Below, one piece after another: positions 49,847 to 59,828 of a stretch of DNA of 64,000 nucleotides. The position numbers and the translations under genes are program-made. Origin of the DNA: an uncultured archaeon (GTDB lineage: Archaea > Asgardarchaeota > Lokiarchaeia > Sigyniarchaeales > SOKP01); NCBI GenBank assembly GCA_964525635.1, contig CAZGJX010000002.1, forward strand, positions 12,024-76,023, given 5' to 3'. Below the pieces are notes generated by a model that saw only the letters and a program-made list of their open reading frames with translations, was not told the origin of the DNA and did not search any database. Position 1 is the first letter of the stretch. Each line of letters starts with the position of its first letter.

Positions 49847-51766
49847 TTAAAATTGTTTATTTTTTATATAGGGTAATTTTCCACCAGCTTTTAAAATATT
49901 AATTTGTCTTTGACTTAAATTATGAGCTAAAGGAATGAAAATATTTTTACTCGTATTTTTAAGGTTAAGATTTTTAAAAGTAAAATCATCTAATTCAATT
50001 TCGACGTAATCCTCTTGGTCGATTTGGTTATAGTCTTTTGGATCTTTAAAAATAAGAGGAACAATCCCAAAGTTTACTAGGTTATCTAAGTGAATTCGAG
50101 CAAAAGATTTGCTGATTATCGCTTTAACTCCCAAATATTTTGGGGCTATTGCAGCATGTTCTCTACTTGAACCTTCTCCATAATTATCTCCTCCTATAAT
50201 AAATCCTCCTCCCTTTTCTAATGCTCTTTCTGAGAAATTAGAATCAATTAAATGGAATACATATTTACTTATTGCTGGAATATTACTTCTTAAAGGAAGG
50301 ATCTCTGCTCCTGCAGGTATAATATGATCAGTTGTGATATTATCACCTACTTTAAGTAGAATATGACCATTTAATATATTATTAAGTGGTAAAAATGAGG
50401 GTAAAGGTTTAATATTTGGACCTCGTATGATCTCTATATCATTATTGGCCTCTGACGGAGGAATTATCATATTATCATTAATAATAAACTTTTCTGGCAT
50501 TTTGATTTCAAAATTTTCTTCAAATTTTCGTGGATCAGTTAATTTACCATAAATAGCAGATACTGCTGCTGTTTCTGGGCTAACAAGGTATACTTCTGCA
50601 TTTTTAGTACCAGATCGTCCTAAAAAATTCCTATTAAAAGTACGAAGAGAGATAGCATTTGTAGATGGTGCTTGTCCCATTCCAATACATGGTCCACATG
50701 CATTTTCAAGAATTCTTGCACCTGCTTTTATTAAAAACGACATTTCTTTTGTTTCTATTAAATGATCAATAACTTGCCTTGATCCTGGAGAAATTGTTAA
50801 ACTCACATTATTATCTATTTTTTTTCCTCTTAAAATATTAGCTACTATCTTAAGGTCTCTCAGGCTTGAGTTTGTACAACTTCCTATACATATTTGATCA
50901 ATAGAAAGACCTTTAATTTCCTTTACTTTTTTAATATTACCCGGACTATGAGGAATTGCAGCTAGAGGTTCTAGATTATTTAGATTTATCTCTATTTTTT
51001 CGTCATATATAGCATCTGAATCGGGTTCTAATTTTTTCCAATCATCCCCTCTTCTTTGAGCAATTAAAAATTGTTTTGTAATATTATCTGAAGGAAAGAT
51101 TGAACTGGTTGCTCCTGTCTCTGTTCCCATATTTGTAATCGTCCCTCTCTCGGGAACTGACAAACTCTTAATGCCTGGACCTGTATATTCCAATATTTTA
51201 TTATTAGCCCCCTTAACTCCAATTTGCCTTAAAACATCTAGTATGATGTCCTTTGCGGAAACAAATTTTGGAAGTGCTCCAATAAGATGTATATTCACAA
51301 TCTCGGGCATTTTTAAAAAAAAAGGTTCCCCCGCCATTGCACTAGCAACATCTAATCCCCCTGCTCCAATTGCTAACATTCCCATACCCCCTCCAGTTGG
51401 TGTATGACTATCACTACCCAGCAGTGTTTTCATAGGCGCTGCAAAACGTTCTAAATGTAACTGATGGCTTATTCCATTTCCCGGACGGGAAAAATATAAA
51501 CCATATTTTGCTGCAATACTTTGGAGATAGCAATGATCATCCATATTTCTAAAATCTGTTTGAAGAGTATTATGATCAACATAACTTATAGATAACTCCG
51601 TTTTGACTGAGGGTACTTCCATAGCTTCAAACTCTAAATATGCCAAAGTACCTGTAGCATCTTGAGTAAGTGTTTGGTCTATTTTAATTCCAATGTTTGA
51701 TCCTTTTATTAAATCTCCTTCTATAAGATGATCCTTCAATACTTTTTCTGATATAGTATAAACCAT
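49847..51766 (-). CDS. Aconitate hydratase (short, Aquifex/archaeal type)
   Basis: QDATG, DHN, GSDSHT, GSCTN, CGPCIG, RNF.GR, TTDHI.P, GSSREHAA. Confidence 0.92.
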   Translation of the reverse strand: MVYTISEKVLKDHLIEGDLIKGSNIGIKIDQTLTQDATGTLAYLEFEAMEVPSVKTELSISYVDHNTLQTDFRNMDDHCYLQSIAAKYGLYFSRPGNGISHQLHLERFAAPMKTLLGSDSHTPTGGGMGMLAIGAGGLDVASAMAGEPFFLKMPEIVNIHLIGALPKFVSAKDIILDVLRQIGVKGANNKILEYTGPGIKSLSVPERGTITNMGTETGATSSIFPSDNITKQFLIAQRRGDDWKKLEPDSDAIYDEKIEINLNNLEPLAAIPHSPGNIKKVKEIKGLSIDQICIGSCTNSSLRDLKIVANILRGKKIDNNVSLTISPGSRQVIDHLIETKEMSFLIKAGARILENACGPCIGMGQAPSTNAISLRTFNRNFLGRSGTKNAEVYLVSPETAAVSAIYGKLTDPRKFEENFEIKMPEKFIINDNMIIPPSEANNDIEIIRGPNIKPLPSFLPLNNILNGHILLKVGDNITTDHIIPAGAEILPLRSNIPAISKYVFHLIDSNFSERALEKGGGFIIGGDNYGEGSSREHAAIAPKYLGVKAIISKSFARIHLDNLVNFGIVPLIFKDPKDYNQIDQEDYVEIELDDFTFKNLNLKNTSKNIFIPLAHNLSQRQINILKAGGKLPYIKNKQF

Positions 51767-51920
51767 AGTTTGATGAATTCCTTTAATTATTTAAATAATA
51801 AGTTTTCCTAATTAGAAAAAGTATCAAAAATATAAAAAATTATAAGTAAAAATAGTCTTTTATTTGTTAATTGTAATTTATCTAATCTTTTTTAAAAAAA
51901 AACAAATAGTATTGAAGAAT

Positions 51921-52409
51921 ATGAGACCAGCACGAGTGTTTAGATGGATAGTAAGAATTTTTATACTTATCCTTACCGCCTCTATGTCGCTTGTATCTAT
52001 TTTAGGAGGAATGTCTGCTGTAAATATCTTGGGAGATTCTAATAATATACAAGTACCCTATGGTTCTGTTTCTTTTTATCATACTGGCCCTCTTGCGGGA
52101 TGGAATTTAACTGTTCCATTTCTTATTAATAATACTGGTTATTTTGATCTGACTAGCTTTGAAATTGGAATCAGTATAGAAATGAGTTATAATTTGTCTC
52201 TAAACGAGATAATATTTAATGGTAATCAAAATTTTGATGATATTCCAAACGGAGAAATTCTAGTAGATTTTTTTTTTATAACAGGTTTTACTAAATCTTA
52301 TCCTCTAACAGGCCCTCCTTCATTTAATTGTGATATAACAGCATCAGGTTCTTATTCACTAAATCTTATTTCATTTGAAATTCATATACTAAATTATAAT
52401 TTAATTTAA
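51921..52409 (+). CDS. Hypothetical membrane-anchored protein (LEA_2/Ig-like beta domain possible)
   Basis: N-terminal TM followed by a beta-rich segment (INNTGYFDL). Confidence 0.6.
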   Translation: MRPARVFRWIVRIFILILTASMSLVSILGGMSAVNILGDSNNIQVPYGSVSFYHTGPLAGWNLTVPFLINNTGYFDLTSFEIGISIEMSYNLSLNEIIFNGNQNFDDIPNGEILVDFFFITGFTKSYPLTGPPSFNCDITASGSYSLNLISFEIHILNYNLI

Positions 52410-52424
52410 AGAGGTATTTTCAAA

Positions 52425-52916
52425 ATGGGCGCTCCTAAAAACATGATTAAAGGCTTTATATTTATGGGAATTTATATTACAATTACAATTGTTATACCAT
52501 ATCTTACATTTACTTATATTAAAGGTTTAGAAATAGAAGGGATACCTATAATTCTTTCTCAGGAAGATTATGATACAATAATTTATTGGGTAACAGCTTT
52601 CGGTTTAGTAATTAGTGGTTGTGCGTTTTTCACTTTTTCATCTCCAAAACAATCCATCAGGAAAGGTTCTTTTGCATTAATACAAGTTATTTTAAATTGT
52701 TTATATCTCTGGAGTTATAAATTTTCAGGCGCAACTGATATACAAATAGATATTTCAGGGGGTGGTATTAATGGTTATGTGATCTTGGGAATACAACAAT
52801 TTATATTAGTCTTTATGGGTATTTACTTTTTAACAATAACTATCAAAATATATGATCTTGTTGATTTCACTGTAAATAGAGAGAAAATAAGAAAGAAGAG
52901 GTGGGGAATAGTATGA
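52425..52916 (+). CDS. Hypothetical 4-TM membrane protein
   Basis: Hydrophobic helices, with a GAGGT SD upstream. Confidence 0.65.
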   Translation: MGAPKNMIKGFIFMGIYITITIVIPYLTFTYIKGLEIEGIPIILSQEDYDTIIYWVTAFGLVISGCAFFTFSSPKQSIRKGSFALIQVILNCLYLWSYKFSGATDIQIDISGGGINGYVILGIQQFILVFMGIYFLTITIKIYDLVDFTVNREKIRKKRWGIV

Positions 52917-53197
52917 TATACGCAGATTTTTTTCAAGTTTTAGCTGATATAGTTGGGGCAATTTTAGGATTTTTACAAAATATTGTAAGTCCTATAGGTG
53001 AATTTATGGTTATGTGGATCAATTATGTATTAGTAATCTTTCCAGAAAATAATCTAATCCCCTATATTGTTCTGTGTATTATAATTGTTATCTCAGCGAT
53101 TATTGTAAATAGTTATTGGTCAGGGGATAAACAACCTAAACATTTAAAAGAAAAAGGAATAAGTTTTGCTTCTACAGGTGAAGATAATCCCTTATAA
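52913..53197 (+). CDS. Small hypothetical membrane protein
   Basis: ATGA overlap with the previous gene. Amphipathic helix followed by a TM helix. Confidence 0.55.
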   Translation: MIYADFFQVLADIVGAILGFLQNIVSPIGEFMVMWINYVLVIFPENNLIPYIVLCIIIVISAIIVNSYWSGDKQPKHLKEKGISFASTGEDNPL

Positions 53198-53294
53198 TTT
53201 AAAAACTATATAATATTTCATAGAAAATTTATTTTTTAATTTAATTTTTCTTTTTTCTTTAATATAAAGTTGATAATACATTAGTTTGAAATTA

Positions 53295-54428
53295 TTACCA
53301 AACTTTGATAAAAGGTAAAATAACAATCAAAGGATCAACAAATTCTATTAGGATTTTAAATAGAATAGAAATTAATATTGGATTACTTATATTATCACTG
53401 ATATTTAATTTAGCTAAAAAAATATCTGTAAAAATGAAAATGAGCGAACCCAATAATGCAAGGAATGGTCCAACGAATATCATTGCTACAAAAAAGCCTA
53501 TTATAAATCCTACAATTGAACCCTCGTATGATTTATCCTTAGCAAAAGACCAATTATGTTTGCCAAATTTTTTGCCAATTAATGCCGCAAACATATCACT
53601 TAGCACAGTTATAGATATTACTGCCATTTGAGCATATATTCCCTTAATTATATTATCTGAAGTATAAGTGAGGATTAAGGATGATAAAAGAAGTCCTAAA
53701 AGAAGTAATACTGAATGTGAGATATCATTCTCCTCTGAAATTCTTCGAGCGGACAAAATTTTTCTTTTTAGAGGATAATTGCTATTTGGGAATCTAAGAT
53801 GAATTAATTCTATATCTAAATTAAAAAAGAGAGTACATAAAATAATAAAAAAATGTGCAATTAATCCATTTCTAAGAATTAATGATACATTTCTATCTTC
53901 AAAAAGGTATAGTGCATTATGATACTCCTCAAAAGTAGCCCAATATGCTACATTTTCATATATATATTTCACTCCATAAAAAACTAGAGGTTCAATGATC
54001 CAAGAAGAAATATACAATATAGCACAAAAGTGAATAAATTTTCTTTTTATTTCTTGTCGTGATGAGAATTTTGAATTTGCTGAATTAGGTCTGTCTAAAT
54101 TAGGACTTTCATTGTTGATTTGGTCTCTAAATTTTTTTGATATTAATGCAAATATGTAGAAGAAACCAATAAGAGTTCCAATAACAACAATCAAATACCA
54201 ATTCAAAGGCATAAATAAATAAAAAATTGTATTAGAAAATGGAAGACTTATACATAAAGCTAAAATTATTAATGATACTAATACTAAAAAAGAATTCCAA
54301 CGATTATTACTTCCTAATTTAAAGCTTCTTTTTACTACGGGATAAAATAAAAACGCATATACTATTAAAATAATTGAAATCAATATACTGAAAAAGATTG
54401 ATTCCATTCCAATAATTGGTTTTTCCAT
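53295..54428 (-). CDS. CTP-dependent lipid kinase (dolichol/phytol/DGK1 family)
   Basis: EIKRKFIH, SDMFAALIGKKFG, KSYEGS, SDN, and multiple TM helices. Confidence 0.82.
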   Translation of the reverse strand: MEKPIIGMESIFFSILISIILIVYAFLFYPVVKRSFKLGSNNRWNSFLVLVSLIILALCISLPFSNTIFYLFMPLNWYLIVVIGTLIGFFYIFALISKKFRDQINNESPNLDRPNSANSKFSSRQEIKRKFIHFCAILYISSWIIEPLVFYGVKYIYENVAYWATFEEYHNALYLFEDRNVSLILRNGLIAHFFIILCTLFFNLDIELIHLRFPNSNYPLKRKILSARRISEENDISHSVLLLLGLLLSSLILTYTSDNIIKGIYAQMAVISITVLSDMFAALIGKKFGKHNWSFAKDKSYEGSIVGFIIGFFVAMIFVGPFLALLGSLIFIFTDIFLAKLNISDNISNPILISILFKILIEFVDPLIVILPFIKVW

Positions 54429-54485
54429 TTTTAATTATTGATAAGGTTGAATTTGATAATCTATTGAGGATATTGATAAGATTAT

Positions 54486-55406
54486 TTATAATCTACGATA
54501 GTAATCCGGTCTTAAAGATTCTTTATAAGTGAGACCGTAGTCTATTGTATTTAAAATTTTCTCTTTATCTTTTTCTAAAGTACCTTTAATTGGTAAATAA
54601 TTAGAAGCATGATTAGACCTAAACACGCAATTAGCATTTTTATTTTTAAAGTTAATATGTTGAATAAATGTTTTAAGTTCTTCTAAAATTTCATTTGGTG
54701 TCATTTCTTTAAAATTTCCCACCGATTTCTTCTCATATATTTTGGTTCCCGGAGGTATCATTAATGATAAAAACGCAATATACCATAATCTGCTATCATC
54801 TGGACAAATCTTGTTTACTAAATCAGCAGATTCAATTGCATGGTTTTTTGAGATTTCTTGATTATTTGAACCACTTAAACCATTTATAAATGTTGCTGAA
54901 AGAGTAATATTTACATTAAACAATTTTTTTGAAGCTTTAATATGATCTTCTTTTGTGACCTGTTTATTTATATCGTTAAGTAATTCATTGGATCCCGTTT
55001 CGAATCCAACATATAGAATTTTCAAACCTAATTTTGATAATTCTTCCAATTGGATATCTGTTTTTTTTAATATGTCTTTAGAATGAGCATATATACCACA
55101 TCTCTCTAAATAAGGAAATGATTTATTCGCATAATTTAAGACTTCTAAAAGATCTTGAAATGGAGTTACCATTCCATTTCCATCTAAAAAAAAAATTCTT
55201 TTAACATTTGGTCCATAAATCTTTCTTGCTATTTCAAAATCTTTTTTAATATCTTCTAATGCTCTAATTTTAAATTTTCTTCTTAGATTTGAGATGCAAA
55301 AGGTACATCTATAAGTACAACCTTCCGTTAGTTGGATTAAAAGGGAATTTGCTTCTGAGGGTGGTCTAAACACAGGGTGACAATAGTATATACTGTCTTG
55401 AGGCAT
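54486..55406 (-). CDS. Radical SAM protein
   Basis: FRPPSEA, GCTYRCTFC (CxxxCxxC), FLDGN, GFETG, FRSNHASNYL. Confidence 0.9.
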   Translation of the reverse strand: MPQDSIYYCHPVFRPPSEANSLLIQLTEGCTYRCTFCISNLRRKFKIRALEDIKKDFEIARKIYGPNVKRIFFLDGNGMVTPFQDLLEVLNYANKSFPYLERCGIYAHSKDILKKTDIQLEELSKLGLKILYVGFETGSNELLNDINKQVTKEDHIKASKKLFNVNITLSATFINGLSGSNNQEISKNHAIESADLVNKICPDDSRLWYIAFLSLMIPPGTKIYEKKSVGNFKEMTPNEILEELKTFIQHINFKNKNANCVFRSNHASNYLPIKGTLEKDKEKILNTIDYGLTYKESLRPDYYRRL

Positions 55407-55411
55407 ATTAT

Positions 55412-56128
55412 TCAATCTTCATTAAATTTATCTATATCTATCTTTCCTTCTGAATATAATTTTTCCTTTTCCATATCAGCGTCATCGGGTCTTTTCTCAC
55501 AGTGTGGTAAATGACGCCCCAATCTGGCGTATTCTTTTTTACAATATGGGCATAACTTTTTGTTTTGCTCTTTTTTCACTGATGGCGTTGTTGTTGTTGT
55601 TGGTTCCTTTTTCTTCTTCTTTTTTCTAGGTTTAGATGGCATATATTCTTCAATATCGACGTCCTCTGGAGCGAACTCACAGCTAGTAATGTGGCCTCCG
55701 AGATTTTCAAACAATTCTCCACAGAAAGGACATTCTGCTTCTGTAAACTCTTCCGCTTCTTCTATAGTTTTTCCAGGCTCTCTTTTTTCAAATCTTTCTG
55801 TGATTTCTTCTTCTTCTTCAAATTCTTCAACTGATAAATCTATATCCTCATCATCACCAATCTCTACAAGTTTAAGATCTGCTATTTCTTTATCTCTGAT
55901 TATCTTTTCTGCCTTTGCTTTACTTTCTTGAAAAACTTCTGCAGTCTTAGTTGTTGTTTGGTCATAAAGACTACAAACTTGACAAACATAAGCTCTTGTT
56001 CCAAGTACTAATTCTCTTTCTGGACAATAACATAAAGGTTGTAAACTACTAGAAATATTACCCAGTGGTTTAAGATGTTTACATGCAAATTTTCTTGAAA
56101 ATTTTAACTTTTGTTTTCTTCGAGGAAT
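55412..56128 (-). CDS. Multi-zinc-finger protein (N-terminal Cys cluster, acidic tract, two C2HC fingers), probable ATT/ATA start
   Basis: The frame is open 138 codons upstream of the ORF-track start at 55714. CPFC-x9-H-x3-C and CPYC-x9-H-x3-C. GGTGA SD at 56135-56139. Confidence 0.75.
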   Translation of the reverse strand: MPRRKQKLKFSRKFACKHLKPLGNISSSLQPLCYCPERELVLGTRAYVCQVCSLYDQTTTKTAEVFQESKAKAEKIIRDKEIADLKLVEIGDDEDIDLSVEEFEEEEEITERFEKREPGKTIEEAEEFTEAECPFCGELFENLGGHITSCEFAPEDVDIEEYMPSKPRKKKKKKEPTTTTTPSVKKEQNKKLCPYCKKEYARLGRHLPHCEKRPDDADMEKEKLYSEGKIDIDKFNED

Positions 56129-56220
56129 TATTTATCACCAAAAATAGTATGTAAGAAAATTAATTATAAAATATAATTTTTTTGATTAAAACATAGATTT
56201 AATTAGAAATAGCTATTTTT

Positions 56221-57816
56221 TTAAAAGTTATAGTTAATGGAGTCTAAATCATTTCTTATTTTTTCTTTTATACTTGTATTCTCTAATTTTGGTATTAATT
56301 CTTCAATAATATCTTTTAATTCAAGAATTTTTTGGGTTAGAACTTCTGGTTTTGACCATAATGATCTTCTATAAGGATGACTTTTTAAAATTGCTTTGTT
56401 ATAATTCTCTATTGCTTCTCTATAAAAAAGACAGCTATTTTCTAGTTTATTAAGTCTTGTTTGATAAGTTGTACCTATTTTATGAAAACATGTGGCAGCT
56501 CCCACGTAATCTTCTACTTTTACAAATAAAATTGCTGCATCTCTTATTTTATTCAAACTTTCTCTTAAAAATTCATTATCCCCTTTTTTTAATAAAATAT
56601 ACCCTAAGAGATAATTAGCTTCTCCTCTATAAAACTTATTATCTATATCATCTGATAAATTTCCTAACCTAATAGCAAATTCTTCAGCTAAAAATAAATG
56701 ATTACTTGTAATACAATTTTCAGATAGATTTTTTAATATTTCTAATACTTTTACTTTTCCTCCTATTTGGTCATATTTTTTTATAGCTTTCTCGAATTTT
56801 TCTACTCCTGCAACAACATCTTTATTTTTAAAGAATTGATTGCCTTCATAGATTAATTGTTCTGCAATTTGGGTGATTTCAGAAGTTTCATTAAACTCCT
56901 TCGATTTTTTATTGTAGAAGAGATCATCTCCATCAAAAGATATATTATCATCCATGGGTATCTTATCTAATACTTCTTCATCTATGCTCACATTGCTATT
57001 TTCTTTTATATTTTGATTCCCCGTAGAATTATTTCCTCTGTAATCTGATTCTAATTTAAAATTCTCTCCATAAGCCGATTGTAAAGGTTTTCCTGCACTA
57101 ACTAACGCAGATAACTCAGTTAATACATTTGCAAAGAAAAATTTATTCAAACCCTTGACAATATAATCAACCTTATGGTAATTAGTATCATAATTAGGAG
57201 CATTAATATCTAAATTTACGTCAGTTAATCGATAAATTTCAAATCCAGTATCGTATTTAGTTAAAACATTTTCTCCAATTTGTTCTTCTTTTTTTTGACC
57301 CAATAAAGTATGGTCAAATACTAATCCAATTGCATCATCATTTTTACCTTGAAATCCTAATTGATTAATTAAATCGACATATGAAAAAAAGAGTCCTAAA
57401 CCTGGATGAGAATGGAACCATCCGATTATATAATTTTTCGAATTCTCTTCATATAATTTATTTTCTATTTTTTCAATAAAACCATAATGTCGTTCATCTA
57501 ATTGTACATCTGTCGAATGACCAAATGTTAATGCCTCCGCTTGCTCAACATATACAAGTTCATCTTCAGTATATCCAATTAAAATACCATATATCTCTTT
57601 CCAATCCCTTGATTCGATAGCATTATTTGAATATCTACTTGCATAGAGTATAATTGTCTTATATGCCTCTGCCTTAATTATTACAGCTTTCCCAGGTTTT
57701 ACTTTTTCGAGTTCTTTTTTATTTTCTTCATTTAACTCTATATCTAATTCTTTATTGACTTTATCTTCAATGTTCGGTTCTTTTATGTTTTCTGATTTCT
57801 TTTTTTCTTCTGACAT
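56221..57816 (-). CDS. JAMM/MPN+ metallo-isopeptidase (Rpn11/CSN5-like) fused to TPR/SNAP-like repeats
   Basis: EIYGILIG, and IIGWFHSHPGLGLFFSYVD (H-x-H-x7-S-x2-D). Helical C-terminal repeats (AATCFHKIG..YREAIENY). Confidence 0.85.
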   Translation of the reverse strand: MSEEKKKSENIKEPNIEDKVNKELDIELNEENKKELEKVKPGKAVIIKAEAYKTIILYASRYSNNAIESRDWKEIYGILIGYTEDELVYVEQAEALTFGHSTDVQLDERHYGFIEKIENKLYEENSKNYIIGWFHSHPGLGLFFSYVDLINQLGFQGKNDDAIGLVFDHTLLGQKKEEQIGENVLTKYDTGFEIYRLTDVNLDINAPNYDTNYHKVDYIVKGLNKFFFANVLTELSALVSAGKPLQSAYGENFKLESDYRGNNSTGNQNIKENSNVSIDEEVLDKIPMDDNISFDGDDLFYNKKSKEFNETSEITQIAEQLIYEGNQFFKNKDVVAGVEKFEKAIKKYDQIGGKVKVLEILKNLSENCITSNHLFLAEEFAIRLGNLSDDIDNKFYRGEANYLLGYILLKKGDNEFLRESLNKIRDAAILFVKVEDYVGAATCFHKIGTTYQTRLNKLENSCLFYREAIENYNKAILKSHPYRRSLWSKPEVLTQKILELKDIIEELIPKLENTSIKEKIRNDLDSINYNF

Positions 57817-58075
57817 AATATCTATAGTTGATTAATAAGGATTCATATTATAATTCATTAAGATATTATAAAACAACTAATAAATATATTTATTTATTTT
57901 ATTTACTAATTACTTAATTATTTTTAATAAATAATGATGTTCTTTCTTATATGGTAAATCTTCATTAGAATAACCTTGGTTAAATATTACGGATAAGACA
58001 TATTATCATTAGATATTTATACAACTCAAATAAATTTAAATAAACTGATATTTTACTTTTTTTCCTTTTTATAAT

Positions 58076-59272
58076 CTAAATTATATTATTATTTCTGAAT
58101 TCTTCAATGGCTTTTTTTGAAAATCCTAAATCAAATAATATTTCTTCTGTATGTTCTCCTTTTTTAGGAGTTAGATTTCTTATTGTTAGAGGAGTTCGAG
58201 ATAATCTTATTGGGGAATTGATATTTTTTATATCTCCAATAATTGGATGCTTTTGATTTATAATCATCTCACGGGATTGAATCTGAGGATCTTTACATGC
58301 ATTTTTGAAATTATTAACTGGTGTAATACATGTATCTAAATTCTTGAAAATTTCAATCCATTCTTCTTGAGTTTTTGTTAAAAATTCTTTCTGGATTTCT
58401 TTGAATACACTTTCTTTTTCAATTCCTTGTATATTTTGTTTAGATTTTAAATCTTCACGTTTGAGACCTTCACATAATTGATACCAAAATTTTGGTTCAA
58501 ATGCTGCGACTGTTAAAAATTTTCTATCTTTTGTTTGGTATATTTGATAATATGGTGCAGAACCATGAAGTGGATCATTTTTACTTTTAGAGAAATGAAA
58601 AGCTGCAGTAATGGGGATCAAGGAGAATGCACTATCTAACATCGAAATATCAATATATTGACCTTGTTTCTTAGGATTTTTCTCTCTTTCAATAATAGAA
58701 CTAAGAATTCCAATTACTGCAAAAAGAGCACCTCCAGTAGCAGCTGTATGTGAGCCTGGGAGCACAGGTTTTCTTGCTTGATGATTTAATCCATTAATTT
58801 TTCTCTCTTTATTTAAATCTAAAATACCACATAGTCCAACATAATTTAAATTATGGCCAGCTAATTGATGGTATGGTCCTGTTTGCCCATAACCAGTTAA
58901 TGAACAATATACTAATCTCTTGTTTATCTTTGAGAGGTTATTATAATCTATCCTTAATTTATTTGTGATTTCAGGTCGGTATGATTCTAAAACAACATCT
59001 GATTTCTCAATTAATTTGTAGAATATTTCTTTTCCTTTTTCTTTCTTAAGATTTAGAGTTATTGACTTTTTATTTCGCATTATAATAGTATTAAATGCAT
59101 TAATCTTTCTTTTTCCTTTTTCATAGCAAAAGGGTATATCTCCGTGTTTATTTCTTGGATCGGAGACATGAATAACCTCTGCTCCTAAATCTGCTAAGAT
59201 CATACTACAATAAGGACCAGGAAGCATTCGACTTAAATCTATTACGCGAATATTATTCAAAGGAAGATTCAT
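58076..59272 (-). CDS. CoA-transferase family III (CaiB/BaiF, AMACR-like)
   Basis: RVIDLSRMLPGPY...LADLGAEVI, RNKKSITLNLK, YCSLTGYGQTGP, PYYQIYQTKD, GEHT. Confidence 0.9.
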   Translation of the reverse strand: MNLPLNNIRVIDLSRMLPGPYCSMILADLGAEVIHVSDPRNKHGDIPFCYEKGKRKINAFNTIIMRNKKSITLNLKKEKGKEIFYKLIEKSDVVLESYRPEITNKLRIDYNNLSKINKRLVYCSLTGYGQTGPYHQLAGHNLNYVGLCGILDLNKERKINGLNHQARKPVLPGSHTAATGGALFAVIGILSSIIEREKNPKKQGQYIDISMLDSAFSLIPITAAFHFSKSKNDPLHGSAPYYQIYQTKDRKFLTVAAFEPKFWYQLCEGLKREDLKSKQNIQGIEKESVFKEIQKEFLTKTQEEWIEIFKNLDTCITPVNNFKNACKDPQIQSREMIINQKHPIIGDIKNINSPIRLSRTPLTIRNLTPKKGEHTEEILFDLGFSKKAIEEFRNNNII

Positions 59273-59321
59273 AAGTTTCTAAATTGTTAAAATATATTTG
59301 ATATTCCATTTAAAAAGAAAT

Positions 59322-59828
59322 TTATATCTCAATTATTTTCGCTTCAAGTATATGTGTATCAATGATTGCTATAGTTGCTTTTCCACTTAAATATCCACAA
59401 CATTCACCAGGATTTACAACTAAAACACCATTATCATATTTTTTACTAAGAAATGAATGAGTGTGTCCAAATAATATGATTTCAAAATTACCTGATTTAG
59501 CTATTGAGTCCACTGTTTCTTTATTGGGCATATGATTTGCATATACTCTAATTCCGTCAAATTCACTTATTAATTCCATCCCTACGAGCTGGCAAATCTG
59601 ACCGAGTATTTTCTGTAAGAAAAGTCTATCACCATCATTATTACCATAAACACCATAAAAATTGTTCTTAATATTAGGATTTAATTCATCAAAAGCCCTA
59701 AATGTGAATGGTGAGACATAATCTCCGCAATGAATAAGTACATCTATATTTTTTTCATTAAACTTTTTCACTGCTTTAGCTATATTTTCCATATGATCAT
59801 GAGTATCTGATATAACTCCAATTTTCAT
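59322..59828 (-). CDS. Metallophosphoesterase (MJ0936/YfcE family)
   Basis: ISDTHD, HCGD, GNND, GHTH, NPGE. Confidence 0.92.
   Translation of the reverse strand: MKIGVISDTHDHMENIAKAVKKFNEKNIDVLIHCGDYVSPFTFRAFDELNPNIKNNFYGVYGNNDGDRLFLQKILGQICQLVGMELISEFDGIRVYANHMPNKETVDSIAKSGNFEIILFGHTHSFLSKKYDNGVLVVNPGECCGYLSGKATIAIIDTHILEAKIIEI

Noticed and set aside
59322-59828. Possible Vps29 (retromer) eukaryotic signature protein
   Set aside because: The motifs match the widespread prokaryotic MJ0936/YfcE phosphoesterases, and no retromer partners are nearby.
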